Below, in pieces: positions 12,750 to 26,134 of a stretch of DNA of 64,000 nucleotides. Position numbers and translations under genes: made by a program. The stretch spans positions 1,125,303 through 1,189,302 of the forward strand of contig MU057640.1 in the NCBI GenBank assembly GCA_013265495.1, given 5' to 3'. Under the pieces are notes generated by a model. That model worked only from the letters and a program-made list of their open reading frames with translations, did not search any database and had not been told where the DNA came from. The DNA is from Vicugna vicugna (Eukaryota). Every line of letters starts with the position of its first letter. Positions within the stretch are counted from its first letter, which is position 1.

Positions 12750-14410
12750 ATAACCCTCCTGCTGAGAGAAACCAGAAAGGCTGAAAAAGGTTTTGTTAAA
12801 TATGTTCGAAGGCATAGGAGAGCTACCAAGGCAATAAGAATTTGGGACCAAGATCTGAAAGAAGTCAGGTAAGATGAGCCTGGCAATTGTTTCTTTTTCC
12901 TCTCAAGGACATTGCTGATTTCTTAAGCAAAAGGCATGACGGAGAAGCTGATTCAGTGCTTTTCATGGTCTCATGGAGCTTAAGGGACAGAAATTGAAGA
13001 CCAGAGTCCCCCAAGGACGAGGGATATGAGTGAACATCCAAGGTTTTTGTTAGGACCACAAGAGCTTCCACCCAAGAGTAAAGGTGACCTCGAAATATAC
13101 TAGGCCTCACAAGAACTAAAATCCAGCTACATAGAATCTCTGTATCTGATTAGATTAAGGTAATCTGCCCCTAGCCTAATGAACAGAAAGAGGAAAAAAG
13201 AAACAATTAAAACTAAGTCTTCTCTGGAGTAAGATAACATTCCCCCAGAGCCTTAAAAATTCTCTCTCCAATGTTAGTTGTAGAAACAATGTCCATAATT
13301 TAATAAAAAATAACTAGGAAAAATTACAAAGACAATACAAACAGCCCAGCAAGTGATATAGATTTTGAAGTATCAGGTATTGACTTAATAACTATGATTA
13401 ATATGTTTAAGGAATTAAACAACAAAACAGAGAGTTTTAGCAAGAAACTGGAAACTATCAAAAGGAATTCAATGAAACTGTTAGAACTTTAAAAAAGCAA
13501 AAACTAAAGTTATAAATTCAATCAGATGGATTTAACCACAGATTAGATAAAATAAAGCAAGGAAATTGTGAACTGGAGGATAAGTCAGTAGAAAACATCT
13601 ATATTGAAACAAAGAAGAACAAAAACTACACAGAAGAGCATAAGAAACATGTGAAACACAGAGAAAAGATCATAATATATGAGTAAAATCCCAGGAAGAT
13701 TAAAAAGAGAAAAATAAACATAAACAATATTTCAGAAGTTAATGGCTGAGAATTTTCCAAGGACCAATCAAAGAAGTGGTATTAACTTTAAGGCTAATAA
13801 ACAAAAAGAAAATAGCACCTCATAGTAAACTGCTAAAACCAGAGTGACAGAAATCTTAAAAGCAGTCAAAGGTCAAAAAGGAAAAAAACTTCTACTGTGT
13901 AGCACAGGCAACTATATTCAATATCTCGTAGTAACCCATAATGAAAAAGAATATGAAAAGGCATATGTGTGTATATGTATGACGGAAGCATTATGCTGTA
14001 CACCAGAAATTGACACAACATTGTAAACTGACTATACTTCAATTTAAAAAAAGGGATTGCATTCAACAAACTAACCATAAAACTGGCAGGTAGCTTCCCG
14101 GCAGAAACAACAGAAGCCAAGAGGCAACGAAAATCATCATCAAAGTGTGAAAAGAAAATAACTCACAATCTAGAATTCTGTGTCTAGGAAAAACATCCTT
14201 CAACAAAAGAAGATGAAACAAAGGCATTTTCAGACAAACAGAAGCTAAGAGAATGCATGTCTGCACTAAAGGTAGTTCTTTAGACAAAAGAAAAATGATC
14301 CCAGATGTAAGTACAGAGATGCAGAAAACAATAAAAGGCAATATAATGATAATTTTAATATATCTACATAACCATTATAGGGAGCAAATAGAACAAAAAT
14401 GGTAAAGTCT
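12750..14410 (+). mobile_element. Ancient L1 5'/ORF1 remnant, interrupted at ~13885-14052 by a younger L1 3' fragment
   Basis: ORF1-like A-rich segments (aatggctgagaattttccaa, ctagaattctgtgtctagg). The inner piece resembles the L1 3' end at 62925-63090. Confidence 0.75.
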
Positions 14411-16229
14411 TGTAAATAAAAATAAAACAAAAGTAAAGAACTGTCAGTCTGACCATATCCCAGGATGTCAGTAACCAGCTTCTTCAGGGCAATTATGAGG
14501 TCTACCAGAGCAGAAGTTTGGTAACCTAACTGTGGGATCATCCCAAATATGTATCCTATTCCACTATAATTATGTAACTAACTCCCTTTCAAGAGATATT
14601 TGATTTATTTCCATCTTTGGATATTATTCACCGACGAGGTATGGATATTCTTTTGAAGTGAGTGTATGTCTATACTTAGATTTATCTTTGTATATTTCTT
14701 CCATTCCTTTATTGTCCATTTTCAGGTTTGATTTGAATTGGCAAACAGATTTTTTTTATATAATCTTCCTATTACCCCATGATTTGAACACAGTTATTTT
14801 CTTTTCACAGATATTTATTATTAGTTTTTCTTGTTCAAAATCCTGAGAATGGAGAATTTACTCTGTGGCCATTCAAGTTCACCTTAGTGTAAGGATACAG
14901 GAGTAGCAACAGCTGGAGTAATGAACTGTCTGCCGACACGGAAAATCCTAGACTCTCTGAAATGATATGAGGGGGAATAAATGAAAAAATGAAAGGAAGC
15001 CTTAAACACACCAAAGGCTTTCAAATTAGAAAGTTATACTCATGGAAAGACATCATATTAAACCATACTGAACTATTCTTCACACTAAAAATACCATCCC
15101 TTTCATCTGCAGACACAGATAGCACTGGTCTCGGACTTGCCTGCACTCCTGTCTCCTGCCAACCAAGATAATGTGATGTGAGGCTGTTCCCCCTCACAAG
15201 GTTAATCCTCGGGGAAAAGGAAAACAGGACAGTTTTTTCCTAAGGCAATTAAAAAATCTTCAGAACATTTAATGAAGGGAATCTTAAAGTGCAGATTGAA
15301 CAATTAAATTAGTTACCCAGAACACAGTTCATCCTTGGGAATTTTACTTAACTGTTTTTTTAAAAAAGAAAGAAAGAATGAATGAAAAAAAGACAGCCGT
15401 ATGTTCAAGACCAAAAAGCATTTGTTTTAGACATATTGACATCCCTGTTGTTAAAGTTTTGCTTGGATAAACTTCATAAAGAAAATTAAGAAGAAAGCAA
15501 AGGAGAAAAAAAAAAAGAAAGCAAGCAAAGGAGGCTATGCAAGAATAAACAGATAATAAAATGTGCATTTCTTTATTGTAGATTATTAAAGCCCTGGATT
15601 GTTAGGCCTGAAAGTACTTTTGAGTTCATTCAGCCGTGCTAACCCTTCACTTCACAAGTGACAAAACCGGACTTAATAAAACTTAGAAACAACTTGCATG
15701 TGGTGAAAAGTGAACCAGTGGGCAGTGACGATTAAACACCCAGGTATCCTGGTCCAGGTACAGATTCTTCCCATGATGCTCTGGATTTATCAACAGACAA
15801 AGAGAGGCGCAGGTGATCCAGTTCTACAGTTACTGGATTCCAAATTCTGCTGGTCCCAGAAGACCTTCTGACAACTCCCAGGCATAACCCAGGGAAGAGA
15901 CCCTCCCCCGTCCCCCCTCCTCACCCTCAAGTCTTCCCTGCGTCTAATCAGTCGCCCAGTCTGCTGATCTACCTCCTCCTCAAATGCTCCCCTTCATCCT
16001 CGTGATCACTGCCACTGCTTTGGACGGCACTTTTTCCTCCTCTGAATCCCTGTAAAATCTCCAAACTGCTCCTCTGCTCCCTGATCCTGTTATTTCTCTC
16101 CCAGCCTCCCTCCACACACCCATTCTCCACATTGGACGTACAACTTCCCTGCTTCAAATCCTTTCGGGGGGAACCTCCTTATGAAGAAACAGGGTCTCAG
16201 TGGGTTCCTTTGCTTTGGGGATACCACCT

Positions 16230-17285
16230 GCTGAGTCAGAGGCGTATCAGTAACAGATGGCACATAAAATACAGAACAATTCAAGGAAGGTTTACTTCAA
16301 AAAGGACCAGGTGTAAAGAACTGGTGGGTATACGGGAACCACAAGGGAACATTCAGGAACCTCTGGCTCGTGGGCACAGCACCGTGTGGTAAACGGCTTC
16401 CAGGTTGGCCCACAGGGATCTCTGCCTCCTAGTGTTTGTGCCCTTGTATAAACCCTGATTGAGGGCTAGACCCAGTGACTCCCCCCCCCCAACCAGAGGG
16501 ATGGGATGTTATGTCCAAGATGAGGTTATAAAATTAGACACTCCCACTGCCAACCCCCTCTCTGCCTCTTCTCCCATGCTCACTCTGATGGGACAGGCTG
16601 CCATGTTGTGACCTACCCTGTGGAGACACACAGGTGACAAGGAACTGAGAGTGACCTCAAGACAGCAGATGGTAAGGAACAGAGGCCGTCACTCAACAGC
16701 CCTCGAAGAACTGAACCCCACCAACAACCACATGTATGAGAGAGCTTGGAAGTGGGCCTTCCCCTAGTCGGGCCTTCAGATGAAACTGCAATTCTAGCCA
16801 ACACCTTGACTGAGAGACCCTGAGAGACCTGAGAGCCCGAGGACCCACCCGAGCTGCACTTGGATTGCAGACCCACAGAAATGGTGGCAATGAGTGTTGT
16901 GTCAAAGCCTTTGAGTTTGGGGGTAATTTGTTACACAGCGATAGATGACAAAAACACACTAGAACCATCCTGAGGCCCAAAAGGATGAGTAGAGGAAAGG
17001 GTATCAGGATCCAGAGGAGAAGAGCAGTCTGCCTGGAGAGGAGCAGTGACCTTCAGTCAAGGGACACAGCCAGTGTGAGACCTTGCTGAGAGGGAGCCAG
17101 GGGAAGAAGCACCCTGACCTCGCTCTTCTTCCTCCCTCCTCTTTCTCCACAGGCTCCTGTTGACCAAATTCACTTGAATGCCAGAGCTCCCGGAGCCCTG
17201 CAGATGTGGTCCTCACGGGGCAGTGAGAGGCACCGAGAGGAGTGAGGTGTGGGTGTGGGGACACAAAGGGAAGACGCCTGCAGTG
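16230..17285. mobile_element. ERVL LTR (LTR40-like) split by an MLT1 insertion
   Basis: cagatggcaca..., gtgaccttcagtcaagggacacagcc, gggagccaggggaagaagcaccctgacctc motifs on both sides of 16385-16956. Family name from memory. Confidence 0.55.
16385..16956 (+). mobile_element. MaLR LTR (MLT1F-like)
   Basis: TG...CA ends, gctgccatgttgtga and gtaatttgttacacagcgataga. Degenerate 5-bp TSD caccg/cacta. Confidence 0.8.
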
Positions 17286-17289
17286 TCCA

Positions 17290-17770
17290 AATGCCTTGCC
17301 TGATGTGTAAGATCTTTTATGATCTGGCCCTAATCTACCTCTCCAGCTTTATTTCTCAAGCCTTCATCATAGAAACTTAGGTCCAGGAAAACAGGCACTT
17401 GAAATTTCCAGAACTCAGCAGACAACATCACACCTCTGTCCCTTTGCATGTGCTGGTCCTTCTGCCTCCACATTTTCTCTCCCCTCCTCTGCAAGGTTAA
17501 TTCTTATTTGTCTTTCAGGAATTAAGGCAGGTGCCAAATCCTCTGCACGTCTTCTATGACGTCATCATCGCCTCTCCTGATGTGGGTCTCCTGACCTTTC
17601 TATCTCTTCCCAGACCCCTCAGCCAGCCTCTTTGCAACCACAGTTGTGACCCCATCTCTGTCCCCCGGGCCCATGGGTTCATTCAGGCAACGGTATTCAG
17701 CTTGCATTCCTAGCGTCTAACAGGGTCTGGCACACAAATGACACTCAATACATAATTGCTAATTAAACGG
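17290..17770 (+). mobile_element. L2 LINE 3' fragment
   Basis: tttatgatctggccc...cctttgcatgtgctggtccttctgcct...tggcacac...ctcaatacata. Confidence 0.65.
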
Positions 17771-20700
17771 TTTCTAATCTTCATCACGCCTTGGTCACCA
17801 GGGTTCACAGATGCCCTAACTCTCAGCTGTGCTGGCTTCTACAACTGCCTTCAGTGAATTCCAAAATAACATCCTGTTCTGAGCCTCCTCGCCAGCCTCA
17901 CCTCTTCCAGGAGAGATTTTTTTTTGCCCCTTCTTGCTGGTAACCCCTGCCTGTCTAACTAAAATAGTGCTACCTTTCCTTTTAGGAATTATGCCTAAAC
18001 CACCTTCTGCCCAGGACTTCAAGGATCCTAGATCACTGGGGAAGGTGACCTTGGGATATCCGAATTACACAAAGGCGAGACCCAGCAGAAAAGACGTGAA
18101 TAACTGACAACTACCAGAAGGAGGGAACCAGCAATGACAAGGCTATTTCACGGTGTCTTTGACATACAAGGACATTGGCTTTTTCTTCTTCCTCTAAAAC
18201 TCCTAATTGATTCCTGACAGTATGTATTACTGACAATATCTAGTGCTGTTTAAACGCTGTTCCCGCTCCCTGCCTAACATACAGTCAGGAATGCAAAATA
18301 TCAACTGCACAAGTATCATCAATGTTACCAGCAAGCCGAAGAAACAGGTCACCACCAAGAAGATAATGTAACTGCTGAATGTTAAATCATTACCACTACA
18401 ATTTTTTTCTGCTGCTTCCTAACGACACTAGGCTTAATCTCAATCCAATTTAGGTTACCTAGGATGGTCTAAAATACTTCCAGGAAAGTTCAAAAGGCCC
18501 TTAAATACACATATAGTCTCACAACATTATTTTGACATCCAGGAAGTGTATTAACTTTTGAAAGATCGGAAAGTTACAGAACAAAACTTTGAAAGCCCAG
18601 CAGAAAGGTGATGGGCCCATTACGTAGTCCAATCCCACCACTTTATATAAGAGGAAATGAAGCCAAAACAGTATTTTGTAAGTTTATTTATTAAGTTCCT
18701 CCTGTAGGTAAACAGGGTTCATTTTATCATGCTTCGTTCTGTTTCATGTAGACACTAAATATGTTCTTTTTGTGTAAGAAGTATTTTTCAGTTGGGAAGG
18801 AGGAAGGCAAAATAAGAAACAGAGCCAGGAAGATGAAGGTCCCCATTGAGAGAACCAAAGCAGTGGTCCTCGGCCCCCCGTTTGGCATCTTCGATCACGC
18901 TGTACCACCTCCTGACCCACAACTGGGTCACGTTAAGCTACGATTTTCTCTGCCCACCTACCATTTACTTTCCCAGAGTTCTACCAAATCAAATTACCAG
19001 TAGAGCTGGAAGTTTGTCAAGAGACATTATTACTACCACTCCGAGAACCAAATAAACTCAGAAAGCAACCTACTCTCACTCCAAAGAATCCCTAGTTATG
19101 AAAGAGAGTAAATATTTCAGAAAATCTCCACCCAAGAAAGAAGAGCACTAGCAAGTAGAATGAAACCTGAACATTACAAATGTTCAGACACATCTCTGAG
19201 AGTAACCTTGAAAACCAAAGATTTGCTGCGTGGCATTTTCATTTACTTAGTTTAACAAATGGCTTTCAGCCCCAACAACGTAGTAATGGTAGTCGGTAGT
19301 TGAAAACGTGATGGGAGAAAGGACACCAACAGGGGTCATTGAGTTTGGACACAATCATGGGTTCCCTGGGAAATTGCCAAGTAACCTTCCGCAAGTTTGG
19401 CATCCTCCCTAAACTCCAGTTTTCCCATCTACAAAATGAGGGGATTGATGAAAATCTCTCAGATGAAGCTACAAAAATTCCTTAATTCTAACTCTATAAG
19501 AGCCTAGTTCCTCTGCATCTTGAAGGATCTGCAAATAATCGTGAAATCAAAAACCTACATCAAACACCAACTTCCCTGTTATTTTGCAATGCATACTCCA
19601 CCTGGATATTTTAAAAGATACCAAATAAATGCGTTTCAAAGTTAGCTGGGCATCATATTCCTCTGAGAGCACTTTAAAACTCAGATTCCTAGGACCCAGC
19701 TCAGATCTATTAAATAAAAACACCTTAGAGGGATGTCCTTTGAGGATCAGCATTTTTGTAAAGCACCCCTAAAAGATCTGACGTACAGCCAAGTTCAAAC
19801 ATCATCATTACACTGGGCAATTCAATGACCCCAGGATCTTTTGGATCGAGGAATGTTTAAAAAAAAAAAAAAAGGTTAACAGGTCTAGGCGACTTCATGA
19901 ATAATTAAGGCTTTCCTTTAAATAGATTTTAATATGACCAATACATTTTTCATGCACACCTCCAATTCAAAATGTGAATATGAAGGATAAAAAACTAAAT
20001 TAGAAAGTCTGCTCAAATCAATAAATAAATCATGCGTTTGGAAAGTACAACTTCTCACAGTTAATGACAGAAAACATGAAAAGAAAATGGAGAGTATTCT
20101 GAAAAGTGTAGGCTTAAGAAACCCACCCATCGTTACTTACATGTTAGAAGGTTACCATCCTAAATGGTATTTAAAAGTCACAACATTATGGACATAATCA
20201 CCCCACTTATTAGTTGGAAGTTTACCCAAAAGCTCCATTTCTCTAGATTTAGCTTCTTAAATGTCAGCATCTGAATCAACACAACACAGTCCAAGCAAAA
20301 ATTTCACACTGAAAACATCTGACAAGAGAAAGAAACAACAAGCAAGAGAAAGAAAATAAAAATTGCAAAGCACCATTTGCACATTTTTTCTATGTAAGTT
20401 TTTGTTGTGGACCTCTGAGAAAAGGTTTGGCTTTATAGCTATGACCTTGAATAAATCATTACATAAGAGGACTTCCATAGGAAATGTTTTGAATCAACCT
20501 TAGTTCCAAGAGTCAGTCTTCACCTACCCCTTGAGGACAGTGTCCTGCAGTAGGTAAGTCTTGGTCACAGCTAATGGCCAGTCTACAGAAGAGAACTAGG
20601 TGAATATCCCATGTCTTAAGTTAGTCAAATTAACTAGGCTTGAATGACTCCAAGTCCTGGACCGGTACTGGGCAGTATCTCTCTTCCTAAGAGATTGAAC

Positions 20701-21249
20701 AGATCCAGTGTCCCTTTTATAGCAATTAACTACTATAGTAAATAACATGAACACATAGATAGCCCCCTCCCACAGATTTGTCATGAGGGAGCAAGATAGA
20801 TTTCTAAGATAGAAACCAAATGACTTGTGGTCATTTCCCTAAAGAACTACAGCAATTGACAATTTTGTTGCTAAATTAAACTAAAACAATGGAAAGTCCC
20901 CAGCTACCACCTAAAAAGTAAAAATCAAGTTCCCACAAAACTGTAGGGAGTTTTCCCTTTCAACATAATGCCAAACATTCTTGTGGAAAGGTGTTTGGAT
21001 CACATGACCTTTATATTTCCTATTAACCTTTAATAAAAAAATCATTGATTTGCAATCTCCTGAATAACCTAAAAAAATCTGCATTGTTTTCCTTTGTCTC
21101 AAAAAGCAGCTCACTGTCTGAATGCACTTTAGTCACCTTATTGACAGTACCAGCATTTATACCTTTTATAATTTATTTCCTCTCCCAGTGTCACTGTCTC
21201 TTCAAGACCGAGAGATAACAGCAAAAGAAACATTCACGATGGACCACTT

Positions 21250-21460
21250 CTATGCCAAGCAGGGTGTAAGATGCCTTATTTACTTTATCCAAATGAATCT
21301 TCACATAACTCCATGTGGTACGACCCTTCCTCCCACTTTTTTTTTTCCTTTTATAGATGAAGAAACAGAGACTCACAGAAGTTAAGTAACCGACTCTAGG
21401 TCACACCACTAGGAAGTGGCAGAGTTGCAGTTTTAACCCAGGTCTGACTCTAAACTCCAT
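21250..21460 (-). mobile_element. MIR SINE
   Basis: ttttatagatgaagaaacagagactcacagaagttaagtaac. Confidence 0.8.
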
Positions 21461-23067
21461 GTTCCTAAGAGCTTGGCACCAGGTCTCCTATTTTGGTGTG
21501 AGTTTAAAAAGTAATCATAAATAAATGTCTTTCTATCATCCTATATGCCTCACTACTTGGTCAGCTCCATTAATCTATTTTTTTCTTTATTATAATTTAA
21601 TAAGCATCTCTCTTAGAGATGGGTTATCTAAGCATTCTTTTGCAAAGCAAAGGATTGAGGAATTTGGTACTGAAAGCAAGAATAGTTTAAGAGTTCTATT
21701 TTTGCAAGAAGACAAGAAAAATTCACCATATTGAGCATCTGGAAATATTTAGTTCAACACTGCGCACATGATTAACATAGATAGAACATAGAGTCTTGCA
21801 TAATACCCAGAACCCAGCAGACAATGCAAATATTTAGTGAAATGAATGAGCGTGAACTCATTTTCCTTATTAATATGTGATGTAGTTAGGTTAAATTTTC
21901 ACAAACATGCAAACACTAAAAAGGTATGTAAAAAGCAGCAATTATTTCCTCAAATTCAACACATGCACAGATAAAACTTATGTGCCATATTTCCTTTCTT
22001 TAAAATGTATTCTTCCAAATACCCCAGTTCGAGTTAATAGCACCAATGCCTTCTATCACCTAAGGCCAAAAACCCAGTCATCTTTGACTCTCTATTCACC
22101 TTCTAATTTCCTGTTCATTCTGTTTCCAATCGTTGTTAATTCAGACTCTTTAATCCCTCTGTTCAGTCCTGCTCATTTCTGAGGGGCATTTTCCCTCCTT
22201 AGATTAGTGTCCTCCTTACCTTTCTCACAGACACAGACACATCCCCCTAGAGCCTCCAACCTACCCTGGGAACAGTGCACTTGGCACACTGTGGCAAGGT
22301 TCATAATCCCAAAGAAATGTTGATTTTACAACTCCCAGCAATAAAGTTTCTTAAGAATTAATTGCCTGCAACTCAATGTTCTAAAATCTGGCTCCATCCA
22401 GACTCTCTTCCCCAAATCTCACCTCCATTTACTTCATGTAATTCATCCTCTGCCCAAGCTAACTGGTTCTGATGGTCCTTCACTTCCTCCAGTTCTTTGT
22501 CTTTGCTGGAATGTTGCTCTTCCCATCTGCTTTCTACATAAAGCGATCTATAGATCCTTTCAAACTGAGTTCAAAGCCACTCCTCCACAGCCCCTGGCAG
22601 ACCTCTGCGGCTGGAAGTAATTGCCCCTCCTCTGAGATTACATTAACATCTTCCTTTGGCAATTCACACTTAGGCTCTGCAACAGTTATCTGTGTACGTC
22701 TTACATCTCCTACCAGCTGTAAAACATCTAATACATACATACCTCTGTGTCCTCCACAGCATCCAGACCAGATCACGTGCATAGTATGGGTTTGAAGAAC
22801 GTTTGATTAATTAACATTAATCTAAGCCCTTTACACAGAAGGACAATATAAGTCCATCGGCATGGTTTAGGCAACCTTTGGTTTAAAAAAAAAAACTAAT
22901 CCACATGTTTTTCAAGCTCTTGATACCAAGTATGTCAAAACCTAACTTCCTTGAATTCTAATATTGGAGAATCAGAGGATACGAGAGAAAGTTGTATTCA
23001 TTTCTCAGTCAAGGCAGTTTAGGCAGAAAACATTTGTCGAGCTGTCAACCATCAGTCAACCCGACAC

Positions 23068-23068
<1 letters not shown>

Positions 23069-23104
<36 letters not shown>
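23069..23104. repeat. (AC)18 microsatellite
   Basis: Perfect dinucleotide run ~35 nt into the intron after the coding exon. Confidence 0.97.
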
Positions 23105-23106
<2 letters not shown>

Positions 23107-23138
23107 CAGCACCCCCAGTGTTTAACCAGATGCCTTAC

Positions 23139-23222
23139 TTTGCGGTAGACTATCATATTTGGAGAACTCTCCTCTGGATCAGCAATGCCCAGTGCTCTCT
23201 GATCCCCGGATCCCTGAGCCAT
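23139..23222 (-). CDS. RGS6: RGS6 (regulator of G-protein signaling 6) first coding exon, codons 1-28
   Basis: Translates to [28 protein letters not shown], matching the recalled human RGS6 N-terminus [28 protein letters not shown]. Strong Kozak context (AGAATGG), in-frame upstream TGA, and a phase-0 donor AAA|gtaagg at 23138. Confidence 0.96.
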
Positions 23223-23242
23223 TCTGGATGTCTTCACTCACA
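23139..23242 (-). other. RGS6: RGS6 exon 2, 104 nt (20 nt 5'UTR + 84 nt CDS)
   Basis: Acceptor tttatttatttttgcag|TGTGAG (AG at 23244-23243) and donor gtaagg. Confidence 0.92.
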
Positions 23243-23619
23243 CTGCAAAAATAAATAAACAGTCCATTAAGACATGAAAGAATTGCATACAGAAAGTTTT
23301 GTAGTGCAAAGAACTAAGTGTCTTTTGGCAGGTGGCATGAAAACAAAACATGATGTAATTTCTTATTTTTCCTCATTAATTTAAGTAGCATTTTTTAAGT
23401 TAGGGGATAATTGTGGTCCTATTATCCACATACATTCTTCTAGTTCCAAAGCAACATGTTCTTTATTTTCAGCCCAGAATTATGTACCCTAGGGGTGTTT
23501 ATATGTCAGTCTTAAATAATCTCCTGGAGACAGATGAAGCCAGTCATTTTGATGTTGATTTTGTCTTATCAAAGCTCATTTTATGATTAATTCTATGCAT
23601 TAAAATATGAATAATTTAT

Positions 23620-24705
23620 CAAGAAAAATGCAAATCAAAACCACAAGGAAATACCACTTTATACCCACTAGAATGGTTATAATAATTTTTTTAAAAAACT
23701 CCACTAAGCACTGCCCAGGATATGGGGCAATCAGAACCCTTGTACATTGTTGGTAGGAATGTAAAATGGTTCAGTCACTATGGAAAACAGTTTGTTGGTT
23801 CCTCAAAAAGTTAAACACAGAATTACCATATAACCTGGCAATTTCTACTTCTAAGAACTGAAAACAGGCGTTCAAACAATTATTTGAACACAAATGTTCA
23901 TAGCAGCACTATTCACCAAAAAAATGGCAACAATTCAACATCCATCAACTAATGAATAGTTGGTCTATCCCTACAATGGAATATAATTAAGCCATACAAC
24001 GTAATAAAGCACGGATACTCACTGCAACATAGATTTACCTTGAAAACATCACGCTAAGTAAATGAAACCAGACACAAAAGGTCACTGCTACGGACTGAAT
24101 AGTTATGTCCCCTCAAAATTCATATGTTGAAACCCTAACGCCAAATCTGATGGTATGAGGAGGTAGAGCCTTTGGGATGTGATTAGGTCGTGAGAGCAGA
24201 GCCCTATGACTGGGATTTGTGTCCTTATGAAGCAGATCCCAGAGAGCCCCCTTCCCCACATGAGTACACAGTGAGATGACAGCCACGCACAAACCAGGAA
24301 GAGAGTTCTCACCAGACACCAAATCTTCTGAAGCCTTGATCTTGGACTTCCCGGTCTCTAGAACCGTGAGAAATATATCTCTGTGCATAAAGGCCACTCA
24401 GCCTACGGTGTCCTACCATGACAGCCTGAAGGGTCTTAGACAGTCATCTGCTGTGCAATTCCATTTACATGAAATATCTAGACCGGGTAAATCTATAGAG
24501 ACAGTAGGCAGAGTCACAGTAACCAGCATCTGGGGAGACGGGGGATGGGGTGGCTGATTAATGGATATGGGGTCTCCTTTGGGGATGATGAAAACATTTT
24601 TGAACTAGATAGAGGTGATGGCTGCAGAACACCATGAATGTACTCAAGGCTGCTGAAATGTAGGCCTTAAAATTAAAGTTATGTGAATTTCATCTCAATT
24701 AAGAA
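23620..24705 (+). mobile_element. L1 (L1MB-like) 3' end interrupted by an LTR
   Basis: aatgcaaatcaaaaccac... through the 3'UTR. Sequence resumes after 24447. Confidence 0.88.
24086..24442 (+). mobile_element. MaLR solo LTR (MLT1A-like)
   Basis: TG...CA, 357 bp, 5-bp TSD gtcac/gtcat, cctcaaaattcatatgttgaaaccctaa. Confidence 0.88.
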
Positions 24706-25945
24706 AAATGAATATTTTTTATTTGATCTCTTAAACAGCCTGAAAAGACAGCAGTGAGACAATGCCAGCATATGGAATTTTTAAGTTAAAGAAGTAAGTT
24801 CAATTCTTGGTATGATGCACTACTTGCTGGGCAACCTCGAGCAAGTTAAACAGCCTGTTGGGCTCCCTTTGTTAATTTCCTTTTAAAGTGAACATGTTGA
24901 ATGCCTGTTTGTGCCCAGAACCTTGCCAAGTCACCTTTCCCTACATTGCTCTCATCAGTAAAATGTGAATTCCACTGAGTGCTTACAGGTAAGGGTCAAA
25001 TAAATCGAGTGTAAAGTACTGTATAAAGCCATAAAAGTCCTATACAAATGTTATCACTAATCTAAGAGCCTGCCTGGGTTATTTGCACAAAAGTCATAGG
25101 CTTTTCATCAAAGAAACTTTCATAAATACCGTACTTGACAGAAAAGGCCATTTCAATTTAAAATAAAATTCAGAGAACATTTATTATAAAATAGGTTGGT
25201 ATCAAAGGTCATTCCATAAAAACAAATGTGGGCAGAAGATGGAGAAGAGACAGGAATTTGTAACTTATGCTAAGAATTTAATTGCCCCAAATATCCCATT
25301 TGAAGAATGTTGCTTGCTTGCTTCCTCATTTTTGAATTTGGATGTGTTTTAAAAGTTAGATTACAAGCAGGACTAAAGAGCATCATTCTATATCTCTACC
25401 CACTGTAATATCAGTGTTTCTATGAATTTAGCACTACATGTTAACACTGATTACTATTCTAATCAGTAGCTTTTAAAGTTAAATGAAGGACACACTGTTT
25501 CATTGTTAAACAACTACTTATTTACCTGCTCTTTTGCCTGAACACAGAACGTGACACCATGAAAAACAAAAACTGAGTCCATTTATGCATTTCATTTATC
25601 TATGTAACAGAGCCATCTTGGGTTTCTACTGCTTCATTTTTAAATGAATACTTCCACATTAATGAGCATATTATCTTCCACCCAGAAAACCGTGCAATAA
25701 TAGGAAGGTTGGAAATGACCTAGAAACCATCACGTCAGCCCTCCCTTTGCCTTTCCCTGGCTGCCCTTCCCCCTGCCAATGGAAACATTCTTGTGTGTTA
25801 AAACAGGCAGCTGTCCCAGGGTCTGGACTTTAGTCTGCTCAGAGAATGCAGATGGCCTCTATGTTAGGAACTTTCGTGAGTCTAGTATGTAATAGAAAAG
25901 CTTCTATTTTGGGTTCCTCTATCAACTCATTTTGAAATTCAGACA

Positions 25946-26134
25946 AGAAGGAGGAGGAGGAGAGAGGGGGAGGGAGAGAAGGGGAGGGCAGAAGGGGAGC
26001 AGCAGAGGGAGGAGGAGGCGGAGAGGAAGAAGAGGAAGAGGAAGAAGACGACAACAATGACAAAATTTTTTAAAAGAACAGAAAAAAGAAGGAAAAATAA
26101 AGTTTAAAAAACTTATAAAAAAGAAGAAAACAAA
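25946..26134 (+). repeat. GA-rich/A-rich low-complexity insert flanked by 12-bp direct repeats
   Basis: gaaattcagaca at 25934-25945 and 26135-26146. Confidence 0.75.

Noticed and set aside
23223..23237. GTG-started extension MKTSR and intronic VCVCV read-through in the ORF track
   Set aside because: ORF-caller artefact. The strong-Kozak ATG and the donor at 23138 define the real CDS.
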